DNA of 64,000 bases from Candidatus Bathyarchaeota archaeon (GCA_963832745.1 CAWHVC010000001.1:224001-288000), one strand, 5' to 3'. Positions 27,502 through 37,785 are shown, counted from the stretch's first letter. Numbers and translations are program-made. Notes: a model not told the origin generated them from the letters alone.

Positions 27502-28056
27502 CTATCGCCCATTAACGAAACCAAAAAGTGATAACTCATCAGCAGTTATGCCTGCACGTTGAAGTTTAACAAGACAAGCTTGATACTGCTCTTCAGTAAA
27601 TTTTGTTGCCTTTATGGGTTGATTTGTGAAGTGGCTTGTTTCTTTGGCTGCTCTGCCTCTTCTTAGGGCGATGCGTTGCTTTTTGAACCTGTCCAATGCT
27701 TTGCAGTCTTCAGACAGCATCCCAAACGGGGTGTTAGGGAACTGCCTGCAGCCGCTAGGCCTAATCTCATAAATTGAGCATACATTACCTACTTGAAAAG
27801 GACACTTGTTATGCGTAACATGCCAATCGTATTCGTCTTCGCCAGCTTCAAAAATTTTGCCTAATTCTTCCTTAAGTGCCTCAAATTTTGCGTAAGCTTC
27901 AGGATTTTCTTTGGGGTTGCCATGAATTTCTCCTGCGTTAAGGAAATCGTCAAGGGTGCAACAGACGCCACATTTGTCACAGAGGAATGGCAAATTGATG
28001 GACCAGTCGCCGTCTTTGTTTTTAAATTCCAAGTGAATGTAGCATGTTTCAACCAT
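27502..28056 (-). CDS. YkgJ family cysteine cluster protein
   Basis: CDKCGVCC, CPF, CSIYEIRPSGCRQFP. Confidence 0.9.
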   Translation of the reverse strand: MVETCYIHLEFKNKDGDWSINLPFLCDKCGVCCTLDDFLNAGEIHGNPKENPEAYAKFEALKEELGKIFEAGEDEYDWHVTHNKCPFQVGNVCSIYEIRPSGCRQFPNTPFGMLSEDCKALDRFKKQRIALRRGRAAKETSHFTNQPIKATKFTEEQYQACLVKLQRAGITADELSLFGFVNGR

Positions 28057-28141
28057 TTTCTGTCAAGATGGGTATTGTCATGTTTGTTGTCTTTAAGTTT
28101 TCGCTTAAAAAATAAAAGCTTCCCCGCTTTTAACTTGGAGT

Positions 28142-28675
28142 ATGTCACGGTATGTTGCTTTTTTGAGAGGAATCAACGTCGGCGGACGCAGTGTAGGCAA
28201 ACAGACGCTTAAGGACGCCTTTGAAGAGTTAGGTTTTGGCGAGGTTTCCACGTTTAAGCAAAGCGGCAACGTAATCTTTCAAGCCCCCGAAACAGACATC
28301 CAAGCGCTGACAGGCAAAATTGAAGAAGAGCTACACGCCAAATTGGGTTACGCTGTAACCGTTTTTGTCCGCACAATGGAGCAACTAAAAAGTATTATCA
28401 ACCTTGACGCCTTCACGAATCAGCCAACAGAGGGCACAAGCTTTCTTGTAACCTTACTTCCAAAAACCCAAAATGAATTGCCCTTCCAGTTGCCAGTCAC
28501 AATTCCAAAATCTGCAGCCCAAATAATCGCGGCATTAGGCAGTGAAGTTTTCAGTGTAACTCATGGCGGCGGAGAGGGCGCTTTACCTAACCCATTTATT
28601 GAATCCACACTTAAAGTCAAAGCAACCAGCCGCAATCTGAACGTGATTCGTGACATTGTTGAAAAGTACGGTTAA
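28142..28675 (+). CDS. DUF1697 family protein
   Basis: YVAFLRGINVGG, QSGNV, TSRN. Confidence 0.92.
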   Translation: MSRYVAFLRGINVGGRSVGKQTLKDAFEELGFGEVSTFKQSGNVIFQAPETDIQALTGKIEEELHAKLGYAVTVFVRTMEQLKSIINLDAFTNQPTEGTSFLVTLLPKTQNELPFQLPVTIPKSAAQIIAALGSEVFSVTHGGGEGALPNPFIESTLKVKATSRNLNVIRDIVEKYG

Positions 28676-28756
28676 TTCTTGATTTCTTCTGATTGGTTAT
28701 TTTTATTAGATTGTTTTTCTTTCTAGATATTTAGCGAATTTTTAAGAGGTGTTTTT

Positions 28757-28924
28757 TTGGCAAGTAAAAAAGGCGATAAATTTGAGTGTGACGAATGTGG
28801 GTTAGTTGTTTTGGTTGAAGACCCTTGCGGTTGCGAACCTTGTGAAATAGTTTGCTGCGGCGAACCAATGAAGCCTATTTCAGAGGAAAAGCAAAGTCAA
28901 AACAAGCAGAAAACCAGCAAGTAA
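28757..28924 (+). CDS. Desulforedoxin-like Cys-rich small protein (55 aa, not in ORF track)
   Basis: MASKKGDKFECDECGLVVLVEDPCGCEPCEIVCCGEPMK...; TTG start after GAGGTG. Confidence 0.8.
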   Translation: MASKKGDKFECDECGLVVLVEDPCGCEPCEIVCCGEPMKPISEEKQSQNKQKTSK

Positions 28925-29014
28925 CCTAAAAACATTATTCACCCTTTTTTTGTTAGACCCCTTTTTTGTTTTATTTTACGAATCATAAAAACAAGTGCTT
29001 AAACTAAAAGCAGT

Positions 29015-29323
29015 TTAACGCTTATTACCCGACGACTCGGCAGTTTGCTCTTTGCCTTTTAAGCCTTCAACCACACTCTTAATTGACTTCCGCTCTGATT
29101 GCCTTTCATAATCAGGTCGCTTAACCTTAGGCGAAACAGATTCATTACTCAAAACATCAGGCGGTACCAAACGGCGCTCACCCGCATTAATTGAAACACG
29201 TTCACCATCAACATAATCAACAAAATCTTCAAGCGCCTCAACAAGCCAGTAACCTTCACTTTCAGTAATAACCTTAACCTTACTAGCGCCTTTGTAAAAA
29301 AAGATTTTACCACTCAAAAACAA
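29015..29323 (-). CDS. Hypothetical protein
   Basis: 102-aa ORF with a beta-rich N-terminal half. Confidence 0.6.
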   Translation of the reverse strand: MFLSGKIFFYKGASKVKVITESEGYWLVEALEDFVDYVDGERVSINAGERRLVPPDVLSNESVSPKVKRPDYERQSERKSIKSVVEGLKGKEQTAESSGNKR

Positions 29324-29485
29324 TCACAACCCCTTCATTATTATTTGGAAGGAAGAAAAATATAAACCTCATTTTATTAAACAAATGCTAAAACAGTTGC
29401 AACTAGCTCAAGCGGTAACAAGATTTATACACATACTTGTTTTAATCTGTTGACCAGAACGCATAGTTCGATTAGGTAATACGTA

Positions 29486-30970
29486 ATGCCTGCAAAGTTA
29501 GACCTTAATCATCTTTACGAAAGGTGCATGTCTGGAAACTCCAAGGATATGATTACTGCTCGAACAGTGTACAATTACTGCATCTCGCCTTTCATGGTGT
29601 ATTGTGATAAGTTCGGTCCAGAAGAAAAGAAAGACCCGCTTGATGAGTATGATAAACTATTATTTGAGCAAGGAAGAACTCATGAAAATGAAATAATTGC
29701 AGTTACCTACCCCGGATTGAAAAAAGTTCAATACGACAGTTTAGACGAAGGGTTCAAGCTTTTACTTTTTGAAATGCACAAAGGCGCATCTGTAATATGT
29801 GGCTTACCCGCATTTTATAAGCCCCAAGGAATTAGTGGCATCTTTGACATTTTAGAAAAAAGACTTGGCCAAAAATCCATATTCGGCAACTTCTTTTACG
29901 TTATAAAAGAAATTAAGTTGTCTCGAAACATACAAGGTCACCATGTATTTCAGGCGGCCTTTTACAATTATCTGCTTGGAAAAATTCAAGGATACACACC
30001 TGAAACGTTTTACCTAATAAATCGAGATAACAAAGAAATAGAACACACGTATCAAGAAACCGAGTTAATCAAAAAAATAAGCGACATCAAAGAAATATTA
30101 AAAGGCAAAAAAGTCAAACCGACCTACGGCGCTTGTTGTTGGCCTTGGGAAACCTACAACAACGAAGAGGCAATAAAAAGCAGGGACATATCGCTCGTAA
30201 GTGGAGTAGGTCCATCTTTCAAACAGAAGTTCATAGAAAATAACTTTTTAACTGTTGAAGACCTTGCCAAAGCATCATTGGCCGATTTAACTTCAATTAA
30301 AGGTATAGCAGATAAAACAGCCCGCAAGTTTCTAAATAATGCAAAAGCCCTTGCAGGAGGAAAGCATGCTTGTCTTGGGGCTTGTGTTTTTCCCAACAAG
30401 AATATCGAAATTTTCTTAGATTTGGAAGGCACGGGGGAGCAAATTCAGGAAGAAGAGTTAGTCGCAATTGATTACTTGATTGGCATAATAGTCAGGTCAA
30501 AAGAAAAAACAGAATACATTCCATTTGTGGCACATAGCCTAAAAGATGAAAAAACGATGTTTCAGAGATTTTTGAAATGGGTTCTTTCTCAAAATGACTA
30601 TGTTATTTATCATTGGCATAACTATGAAAAAACGCATATTCAACGATTAATTGACCGATATAATTTCGCAAAAGAAGCAGAACCAATACTTGCAAACATG
30701 CGCGACCTCTATAAAGACGCTACCGCAAACTTTGCGTTCCCCACTTATGGAAATGGGCTTAAACAAATTGCAGCTTACATTGGTTACAAATGGAAACATG
30801 CCGACGTAAACGCCATGGAATCAATCGCATTATACTTCCAATACATTCAAGACCAAACAAAAAACAAGGAAAAATTAGCGAAAGTTATTGATTACAACCA
30901 AGACGATTGCACCGCAACAATGCTGATAAAAGACTGGTTGGAGCAGGAATCAAAAAACATTAAAGAATAA
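29486..30970 (+). CDS. TM0106-family RecB-like nuclease with HhH and RNase H-like domains
   Basis: G.FDILEK..EIK, QAAFY, GVGP/GIADK HhH, FLDLE, YHW..YE, LKQIA, YNQDD. Confidence 0.88.
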   Translation: MPAKLDLNHLYERCMSGNSKDMITARTVYNYCISPFMVYCDKFGPEEKKDPLDEYDKLLFEQGRTHENEIIAVTYPGLKKVQYDSLDEGFKLLLFEMHKGASVICGLPAFYKPQGISGIFDILEKRLGQKSIFGNFFYVIKEIKLSRNIQGHHVFQAAFYNYLLGKIQGYTPETFYLINRDNKEIEHTYQETELIKKISDIKEILKGKKVKPTYGACCWPWETYNNEEAIKSRDISLVSGVGPSFKQKFIENNFLTVEDLAKASLADLTSIKGIADKTARKFLNNAKALAGGKHACLGACVFPNKNIEIFLDLEGTGEQIQEEELVAIDYLIGIIVRSKEKTEYIPFVAHSLKDEKTMFQRFLKWVLSQNDYVIYHWHNYEKTHIQRLIDRYNFAKEAEPILANMRDLYKDATANFAFPTYGNGLKQIAAYIGYKWKHADVNAMESIALYFQYIQDQTKNKEKLAKVIDYNQDDCTATMLIKDWLEQESKNIKE

Positions 30971-30974
30971 TCTG

Positions 30975-32684
30975 TCAAACGTTTTCTTCAGTTTTTCTAA
31001 TAGTGTTTGCTATCGCCAAAATGATTGAAGGCATAGTAAAAACGCTGAAAACACGCGTATACTTGGCGGATTCTGCTTTTTTGACGTTTTTAAGTTCGCC
31101 GCCGCCTTTAAGGTAGCCTTTGATGAAGGCTTCCGTGATAGCTTCTGCAGCTACGGTTTCACTGCTTTGAAGAGGCTGCAGATAATGCCCCGAGTAGTAT
31201 AGAAACTCAGCGATATCCCACGCTTTATCGCCGTCCTGTGTTGCTTGCTCAAAATCAAGCAGATAAACTGTGCCATCCTTCCCAACCATAACGTTTTCAG
31301 GTTTTGTATCGCCAAGAGTCATGCCGTGAGAGTGTACTTTAGCAAATAATTCGCCTGCAACCTCAATGTTAACAAGTTCCACGCTGTTTTTTGCGTTTTC
31401 AGGGTCCAAACCCAACCGTTTTATTGAATGGCTCAAATCTTCGCCTTCAATAAAATCCATAAAGACCAAACGTTCTGGATTGCTTACATATAAAATTTTA
31501 GGCACATTAAAGCCTCGTAGACGCAGAAACTCGCTGGTTGCGCATTCTTTGGCTAAGCGGGCTTTTCCTGAAACCGCAAAAGCTCTGGCGCCAAAAGACC
31601 ATAAAGTCAACGGGAACCATTTAAAGCCTGACCATTCTTTGAACCGTTTAACCAGCACTTTGCGTTCTACACCGTTTACTTGGGCTTTTATGAGGTAAAT
31701 GTCGTTTAGTACTCCACCGATTGCTTCAAAAGTTACGCTTTCAGGTTTTTCAAACATTTTTTGGGCAAACCCAGAAATATTTACTTTGTCTGAAAGTGAA
31801 ATTAGCCGGTCGGATGTGGGTACGAACACATATTTTTGTGGGTCAATTGTGTAACAGTTTGGGTTGATGTCTGTTTGCAGAAGGTGTAAATCGATTTTTT
31901 GGGTTTTAATGAACGCTTGAGTGTTTTGTGCAACAATATTTAGTAATTGTGGAAAAACGCCAAAGAAAGATGAGAATAAAGTACGGGGCGCATTTTTTGA
32001 AAGGTTTGTAAGCCAAACGCGTGGATTGCGGCTTTGCAAAGCGAATTCTTTAGAAGCAGTAACATAATCGTCTACGCGGCTTATTAGACCGTCAGTTTCC
32101 AGTTGCGTCAAAGCGTCATTGTAGCTTTTGAGGGCTTCTTGTTCATCTCTTAGGGTGCTGCCTTCGAGCATGTGCGACATTTCATAGGCAAGCAAAGGAA
32201 AAACGCGTATACGTTTAAGCAGTACATCGTAAAGGAAAAACTGCGGTTTGATATTCATGTGATAAATAAGTTCAGGGTAACTAATGGAGAGGTTTTCTAA
32301 GGATTCAAGGATCAACCGTTTTTTTAGAATCAATTCTTGAGCATACAGGTAACTTTGTCCCTGCAGGGTTGAATAGGGAAAAATTAGTTTACTTGCGATT
32401 GCTTCACCTAAAAAGCCTCGGTCGATATCTCTTTCAAAAACCCATTGATCTACGGCAAAAAGGATTACGTTACGTCCATTGAGAATTTTGAAATAGCTTA
32501 ATAGTCGAGGCTGAAAGTTTTTGATGATAACAACTACTTCAAGAATTGATTTGCCGTTTTCTGTTCTGGTTGGGTAAGTATCGATTAAACCTACCGCGGT
32601 GACATGTGCAGAACCAGCTGTATGGCATGCTAAATCGATGATTTGCTGTTTTAGCTCGTTTAATTCGGACGTGCCGATGGTCAC
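30975..32684 (-). CDS. Atypical (Bud32/RIO/Kdo-like) kinase with an N-terminal nucleotidyltransferase-like region
   Basis: VLVKRF, VPKIL, MDFIEG, LGDTKPEN, LLDFEQA, AWDIAEF. Confidence 0.8.
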   Translation of the reverse strand: MTIGTSELNELKQQIIDLACHTAGSAHVTAVGLIDTYPTRTENGKSILEVVVIIKNFQPRLLSYFKILNGRNVILFAVDQWVFERDIDRGFLGEAIASKLIFPYSTLQGQSYLYAQELILKKRLILESLENLSISYPELIYHMNIKPQFFLYDVLLKRIRVFPLLAYEMSHMLEGSTLRDEQEALKSYNDALTQLETDGLISRVDDYVTASKEFALQSRNPRVWLTNLSKNAPRTLFSSFFGVFPQLLNIVAQNTQAFIKTQKIDLHLLQTDINPNCYTIDPQKYVFVPTSDRLISLSDKVNISGFAQKMFEKPESVTFEAIGGVLNDIYLIKAQVNGVERKVLVKRFKEWSGFKWFPLTLWSFGARAFAVSGKARLAKECATSEFLRLRGFNVPKILYVSNPERLVFMDFIEGEDLSHSIKRLGLDPENAKNSVELVNIEVAGELFAKVHSHGMTLGDTKPENVMVGKDGTVYLLDFEQATQDGDKAWDIAEFLYYSGHYLQPLQSSETVAAEAITEAFIKGYLKGGGELKNVKKAESAKYTRVFSVFTMPSIILAIANTIRKTEENV

Positions 32685-33077
32685 GTGGTCACCTGATGGT
32701 GGTTAGAAAGATTTCTGTGTTTTAATTAAACGGTGTATTTAACTAATTAATCTGTCTAAGTTGAAGTGAGAAAAAGCCTTAATTTATGGCTTTTTTTGGT
32801 TTTTATGTAGTCGTTGAACAGTTTTTTTTTGTTTAATTGATGTGGGATAAGTTTTTTATCAGACCCCGTGTATTGTTTCTTTAGACACAATAAAGCTTCA
32901 AATAAAAGTTCACACTTAAACAAGCTACCCAAACACAACAAAGCACAACCAACAAGAATGCTTGAATGAACAAAAAACCATTAACCACACTAGGGAGAGA
33001 AAAAAACGTCAGAAAAATACAAAAAACAAGTCCAGCAACGCATAATCAGAAACCTACTAGACATCCAACTCTTACGA

Positions 33078-33329
33078 ATGGTAAAAGCCGAATCACTATG
33101 GGGCTACAAAATAAAAAAACAAGTAGAAGCCAACTTTGACGTCAAACTACGACACGGCGCGTTATACCCTGCCCTAAACTCTTTGGAACGCAAAGGATTT
33201 CTTGAAAGCTATAAACAGCAAAAAAATGGTAGAGCACGCAAAATTTACAGCATAACTGAACACGGCAAAGAATACCTGCACGCTTATGACCTTGTTATTA
33301 AGGAACAACTTGAAGCCACAGCAACCTAG
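33078..33329 (+). CDS. PadR family transcriptional regulator
   Basis: WGYKI, GALYPALNSLE..G, RKIYSITEHG; reading frame extends upstream to an ACG at 33006. Confidence 0.88.
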   Translation: MVKAESLWGYKIKKQVEANFDVKLRHGALYPALNSLERKGFLESYKQQKNGRARKIYSITEHGKEYLHAYDLVIKEQLEATAT

Positions 33330-33459
33330 ATAGCGGTTGTTGAGCCAGGTTTTTTGGTTTTTGAGCAACCTTTTTAGTGCAAGCTTTATAAGCTTTCCGC
33401 GTCTCGATAAAAAAGCTTTTATTCTTAATTATGTGACAGAAAAATAGAGGAAAAAGCAA

Positions 33460-34113
33460 ATGACTTTGGAAACAAGCAAAATTTTAGGCGGCATCGGCGC
33501 GTTACTGATGTTTCTTGGGATACTGCCATACATTGGCTACTTCGGTATAGTGGAAATCATCGGCGTCATCCTTGTTCTTGTCAGCCTTAACGGTTTGGCT
33601 AACTTTTACAAGGACAGAGGCATCTTTAGCAATGCAATCTTCGGTGTTTTATCGGCAATTGTTGGCGCCATCATTTCGGGAGTAGTCGTGGCTGTAACTG
33701 TTTTAACTTCATTAACGGATTTCCTGTACCAGGTTTATCCGGATTGGAACGGCGACTGGACAACCCTGCAGGGGTTAACACCAAATACTGCTAACATTGA
33801 TCCGTCGGCTATAATTCCATTTATTACTGGACTGCTGCTGGTTTTCGTTGTAGTTTGGGTGTTTGCAATAATCACAGCGTTCTTCGTAAGACGTTCATTA
33901 AAAGAGCTCGCCGTCCGTTCAGGCACAGGCTTATTCTCAACCGCAGGTTTGCTGCTGCTTATCGGTGCAGTACTTATTATAATCTTCGGCTTAGGCATAC
34001 TACTGGTCTGGATAGCTATACTAATACTTGCAATCGCGTTCTTCACAATGAAAGCACCTGAACCTGTCCCGCCCCCACAAGCAAATGTGACTCCACCGCC
34101 AACATCAGTCTAA
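33460..34113 (+). CDS. DUF996 family membrane protein
   Basis: KILGGIGAL, IFSNA, LFSTAG..LLIGA, AIAFF. Confidence 0.88.
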   Translation: MTLETSKILGGIGALLMFLGILPYIGYFGIVEIIGVILVLVSLNGLANFYKDRGIFSNAIFGVLSAIVGAIISGVVVAVTVLTSLTDFLYQVYPDWNGDWTTLQGLTPNTANIDPSAIIPFITGLLLVFVVVWVFAIITAFFVRRSLKELAVRSGTGLFSTAGLLLLIGAVLIIIFGLGILLVWIAILILAIAFFTMKAPEPVPPPQANVTPPPTSV

Positions 34114-34188
34114 AAATTCTAAAAACAACCCCTTTTTATTTTTTTAAACAATCCATTAAAGTCTTCAACATTTTAACGTCGTATTTCA

Positions 34189-34316
34189 GCCATTACTGAC
34201 CTAGCCCCTTAGGTTTCTGCACACTATTTCTATTAGGATCCAAATAGGCTGGTGTTAAGGTACCCCCCTTCTACCTTTTCTACAATGATTGGATAGTAGG
34301 CTCCAAATAGACTGGC
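34189..34316 (+). repeat. Dispersed intergenic repeat, copy D plus a degenerate tandem unit
   Basis: GACCTAGCCCCTTAGGTTTCTGCACAC...CTATTAGGATCCAAATAGG followed by a second ...TAGTAGGCTCCAAATAG. Confidence 0.8.
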
Positions 34317-34338
34317 TTTCTAGTTTTATGTTTCCTTT

Positions 34339-34632
34339 TTAGTCTTTCTGGTTTTCTTTGAGTTTTCGGTACTCTTGTTCAGTCATTCTATCAACGACGC
34401 CGGTCCGTGCAAAAACTGTTAAGCCATGCGCTACAAGCCCGATTCCCCAAAAAGCCAGCGGAAAAAGAAACCAAGGAAAACCGTTAACGGGCAGTGTAAT
34501 GAAGTACCAAATGAAAAACAGTACAAGGTTAACTGCACAGTAAACGGTAAAATGTACATAGAAACCTAGTTTTGCTTCAACCCTTTCTCTTGCTTTACGC
34601 CTTAACTCATCATCAGAACTCAAAGCCAACAC
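34339..34632 (-). CDS. 2TM domain protein
   Basis: A.ERV...GFYVH..VY..VN, WFLFPL.FWGIGL..H. Confidence 0.9.
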   Translation of the reverse strand: MLALSSDDELRRKARERVEAKLGFYVHFTVYCAVNLVLFFIWYFITLPVNGFPWFLFPLAFWGIGLVAHGLTVFARTGVVDRMTEQEYRKLKENQKD

Positions 34633-34719
34633 GCCTAAAACCTATTATACACTATGCGCTTAAGAATTTTACATCGAGTTTATACGATGCATTTATTGCC
34701 TGCCTTTACGGAATACGTT

Positions 34720-35038
34720 TGGGCTGGCGAGTTGGTGTGTGGCTTTCGGATCCAGTTTACTGGGTCTGAGGAAACTCCGCCCACACGTAGAATTGCAGCA
34801 CCTCTCGGGTGCAAGGTGAGAACCTTGGCAACGGAGCAGAAACGACACGTCCAACCAGAGCTTAACGGATGAGGCACCATAAAATGCCGACCATGCTGGT
34901 TTGGAAGCGGTGAAACGGCCGTCCTGCAAGTGGAAAGGGCAAACAGTCGCTGATGACCCTCTACAGGAGGCGCGGGTAGCCCGATTAGCCGAATGCCACT
35001 TAAACAAAAGGCGGGTTACATCCAACACACCACGCCCA
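34720..35038 (+). ncRNA. rnpB: Archaeal RNase P RNA
   Basis: CR-I GAGGAAACTCCGCCC, CR-II GCAGAAAC, CR-III GGTGAAACGGC, CR-V AACAAAAGGCGGGTTA; complementary ends; TATA-like box about 25 nt upstream. Confidence 0.95.
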
Positions 35039-35187
35039 CTCTTTTACGCCTTATACCCTCTAAATCCCCGTTTCCCTATCTTAGGGAACAAAAGGGGACT
35101 TACTTGATTCTAGAAAAAGTTTGACTAATCAAGTCAAGAATGTTTTACTGCAACCTTTTTATCGATAGAAAAAATTGAAATAGTGTT

Positions 35188-36690
35188 ATGAAGCAACTGT
35201 TAACAGGAACTGCAATAGCCCTTTTAGCAATCATGTTATTTGCGCTAATGCCTTTTTCTAACGCTTCCTCAGATGAGATACAGGTGCAGTGGGAAAAAGA
35301 GTACAATGCTGGTTATATGAAGGGGTATATTGGGGAAAACGTTATTCAAACTTTTGATGGCGGATTTGCGATTGCTGGGAGAGAAACAGAGTATCAAGTT
35401 GCATCAAGAGGACCAGGAAGCTGGGTTAGCAAAAACGGAATAGTACTAAAATGCGATTCAGCAGGAAATCTTGAATGGAAAAGAAATTATACCGAATCTC
35501 GAATGCTTAATTCGATAATACAAACATCAGACGGCGGATATGCCTTATCAGGCACCACTGAATCATGGGCTGAATCTTGGTTTGCCAAAACGGACTCAAA
35601 CGGAAATGTTCAATGGAGCAAAACTTTTTTGAGTCAACCAGGATACCAATTTGAAACAGTTCAAGCTGAGCATGAAGGTTTTCTAATTGGGGGATACTTG
35701 CGTTTAACAGATGACCAATACACTGCTGTTCTCTTAAAAATTGATGCAAACGGCAATCTGCTATGGAATAAAACATACACAAAATATGATTGTTTTAGGT
35801 CCATAAAATCGGTTGACAATGGATATGTTATGTTGGGAATAACAAATTTAGGATCATGGCCAGGTGAAGCTTCGAAGGCTATCAAGATTAGTTTCGAAGG
35901 GGCAATTATGTGGGAGAAAAATTACGATGTTAACAGCAGAGAATTATTTTATGTGGTCAGCAACTGCAGCGATAGGGGATATATACTGAGCGGTAGAATA
36001 TCAGCAGCTAATAACAATCAACAAGATATCGCTTTGCTAGTTAAAACGGATGCTAATGGGAATTTAGAGTGGCGACAAACTTATGAGATTTACCCCAATA
36101 GCGTTTATAGGGAAGATTTTGGTCTCGACGAAACGTATAGTCAAGGGTTTGTTAATGTGTTACAGACAGTGGATGGAGGATATGTTGCAGCTGGTTACTT
36201 GTTTGAGGGACGTAAGTATACTGGTAGTTGGTTATTATTCGTCAAAACTGATGAACAGGGGAACTTGTTAGGGCATTTAAGATATAACTCTACTGATAGC
36301 ACCCCAAGCAACTATTACCAATTTGGGGATAATAAGTTCGATTCATTAGTTGCCCAAAACGAAAACCAATTTGCTGTACTATTTACCTATGAGGACAATA
36401 CTGCAAAAATGGTTTCTTTTACCGTAGAGTTAGGCGCCCAAAGGTTGTCTTCTCCTATGCCTACCGAGAAGCCTGCAAACGGATTGCCCGATTATGTACT
36501 AATCATTATACCTGCTGTTATATTACCAACCATTTTAGGATTTGTCATTTTATACTTTAAGAAACATAAGCAGGGATTGACTACAAATAATTACCAAACC
36601 AAGATAGCCTCAAAAATGGATGGAAAAAAGTGTACTTTTACCAAAATTTTCTTTTTCCTAGATTGTGCTCTTTTTATTGGTTATTTTTAG
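35188..36690 (+). CDS. Secreted beta-propeller repeat protein with C-terminal anchor
   Basis: Repeats QT.DGGY / K.D.NGN..W.KTY; signal peptide and TM. Confidence 0.88.
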   Translation: MKQLLTGTAIALLAIMLFALMPFSNASSDEIQVQWEKEYNAGYMKGYIGENVIQTFDGGFAIAGRETEYQVASRGPGSWVSKNGIVLKCDSAGNLEWKRNYTESRMLNSIIQTSDGGYALSGTTESWAESWFAKTDSNGNVQWSKTFLSQPGYQFETVQAEHEGFLIGGYLRLTDDQYTAVLLKIDANGNLLWNKTYTKYDCFRSIKSVDNGYVMLGITNLGSWPGEASKAIKISFEGAIMWEKNYDVNSRELFYVVSNCSDRGYILSGRISAANNNQQDIALLVKTDANGNLEWRQTYEIYPNSVYREDFGLDETYSQGFVNVLQTVDGGYVAAGYLFEGRKYTGSWLLFVKTDEQGNLLGHLRYNSTDSTPSNYYQFGDNKFDSLVAQNENQFAVLFTYEDNTAKMVSFTVELGAQRLSSPMPTEKPANGLPDYVLIIIPAVILPTILGFVILYFKKHKQGLTTNNYQTKIASKMDGKKCTFTKIFFFLDCALFIGYF

Positions 36691-36938
36691 AAGGCATCGA
36701 AAAACCGCTAAAACTCAGGTTAATGGGGTAGCATAGACCGTCTAAAAGCTTATAACTAGACTAACCGTATAGGGAGTTAGGGATTTTATATGAGGGAAGA
36801 AGGTAAAAAAGTACTAAACCCAAAGGTGGGTTATGTCCAACACGTCAAGCACACTTTTCCCTTCAGCAACTTAACGACATCTTCTCGCTCAATAGTACTT
36901 ATTTGAAATCTGTAAAACAGAAATAGCAAAACTAACAA

Positions 36939-37316
36939 GTGATAAATGAAACTTCAATGAAAGATAAGGCTGAGCATATTTCTACTTGGGTATTGGAGCT
37001 GATTCGTGAGGAAGACCGTGCTAAAGTTCGAAAAGAAAAAGCTCGTCAACCGCAGGAAGATAAGCATCATTGTTCTAAATGTAAAAAGGGTTTTTCAGAA
37101 CCAAAACTGATTCAATATTACGCGTGTCCACATTGTGAAAGTAAATACGAGCAAGAACAAAAGAAAACTTGTCAACACTGGTTTGGTTTTCTTACTCAAA
37201 AAGACTCGAATCAACCGTTACCTCCTGAATGTGTTGAATGTGACAAAGTACTGGATTGCATGTTAGGTAATCAAACTACAGCAAATGCGGTCTCACAAAT
37301 TAAAAAATGGTACTAA
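36939..37316 (+). CDS. Double Zn-finger protein (paralog of 13617..14036)
   Basis: CSKC, YYACPHC, CQHWFGFL..PPECVECDKVLDCM. Confidence 0.8.
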   Translation: MINETSMKDKAEHISTWVLELIREEDRAKVRKEKARQPQEDKHHCSKCKKGFSEPKLIQYYACPHCESKYEQEQKKTCQHWFGFLTQKDSNQPLPPECVECDKVLDCMLGNQTTANAVSQIKKWY

Positions 37317-37423
37317 TTTTGTCTCTAAAAATAACTTTTCATAATTTTTGACCATTTACGGCTAACACATCCTATTTTGTACATTTTGAAAAAAACCACA
37401 TTTCCAAAGAATTAAAACATTTT

Positions 37424-37663
37424 TCAACTGAGCACTATGCCTTTTGGTTCTTCAGACACTTTTAAGCCGTGTTTTTGCGCTATGGCTGTAACTAACTGTT
37501 TTCTAGTGGTTGACAAAAAAGACTTTATGCAGATCGAATAGTCGTTAAGTTTGAGTGTTTGTATTTCAATTAACGTTTCTTCAGGACTGTTCTCTTTTAA
37601 GGCTTTAGTTATTTCGTTTAAAACCGTGTTAGCCTCGGCCCAATCCATTATAATCAACTTCAA
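37424..37663 (-). CDS. Hypothetical protein
   Basis: Short ORF ending IAQKHGLKVSEE. Confidence 0.6.
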   Translation of the reverse strand: MKLIIMDWAEANTVLNEITKALKENSPEETLIEIQTLKLNDYSICIKSFLSTTRKQLVTAIAQKHGLKVSEEPKGIVLS

Positions 37664-37785
37664 GTTAGGTAATTAAGAACGGTCAAGTTTATTTTGATAT
37701 TGTGGTTGATTCTTAACGCCTACAAAGCGAAATATAACCGATTTAATCTCTTTTTGGTGATGTCTTCGCTTGTAACAATGAGGTA

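Noticed and set aside
34572-35107. Several overlapping short ORFs
   Set aside because: Shadows of the GC-rich RNase P RNA gene
37351-37410. Possible fifth copy of the dispersed repeat (CCATTTACGGCTAAC...)
   Set aside because: Too degenerate; both palindromic cores are missing
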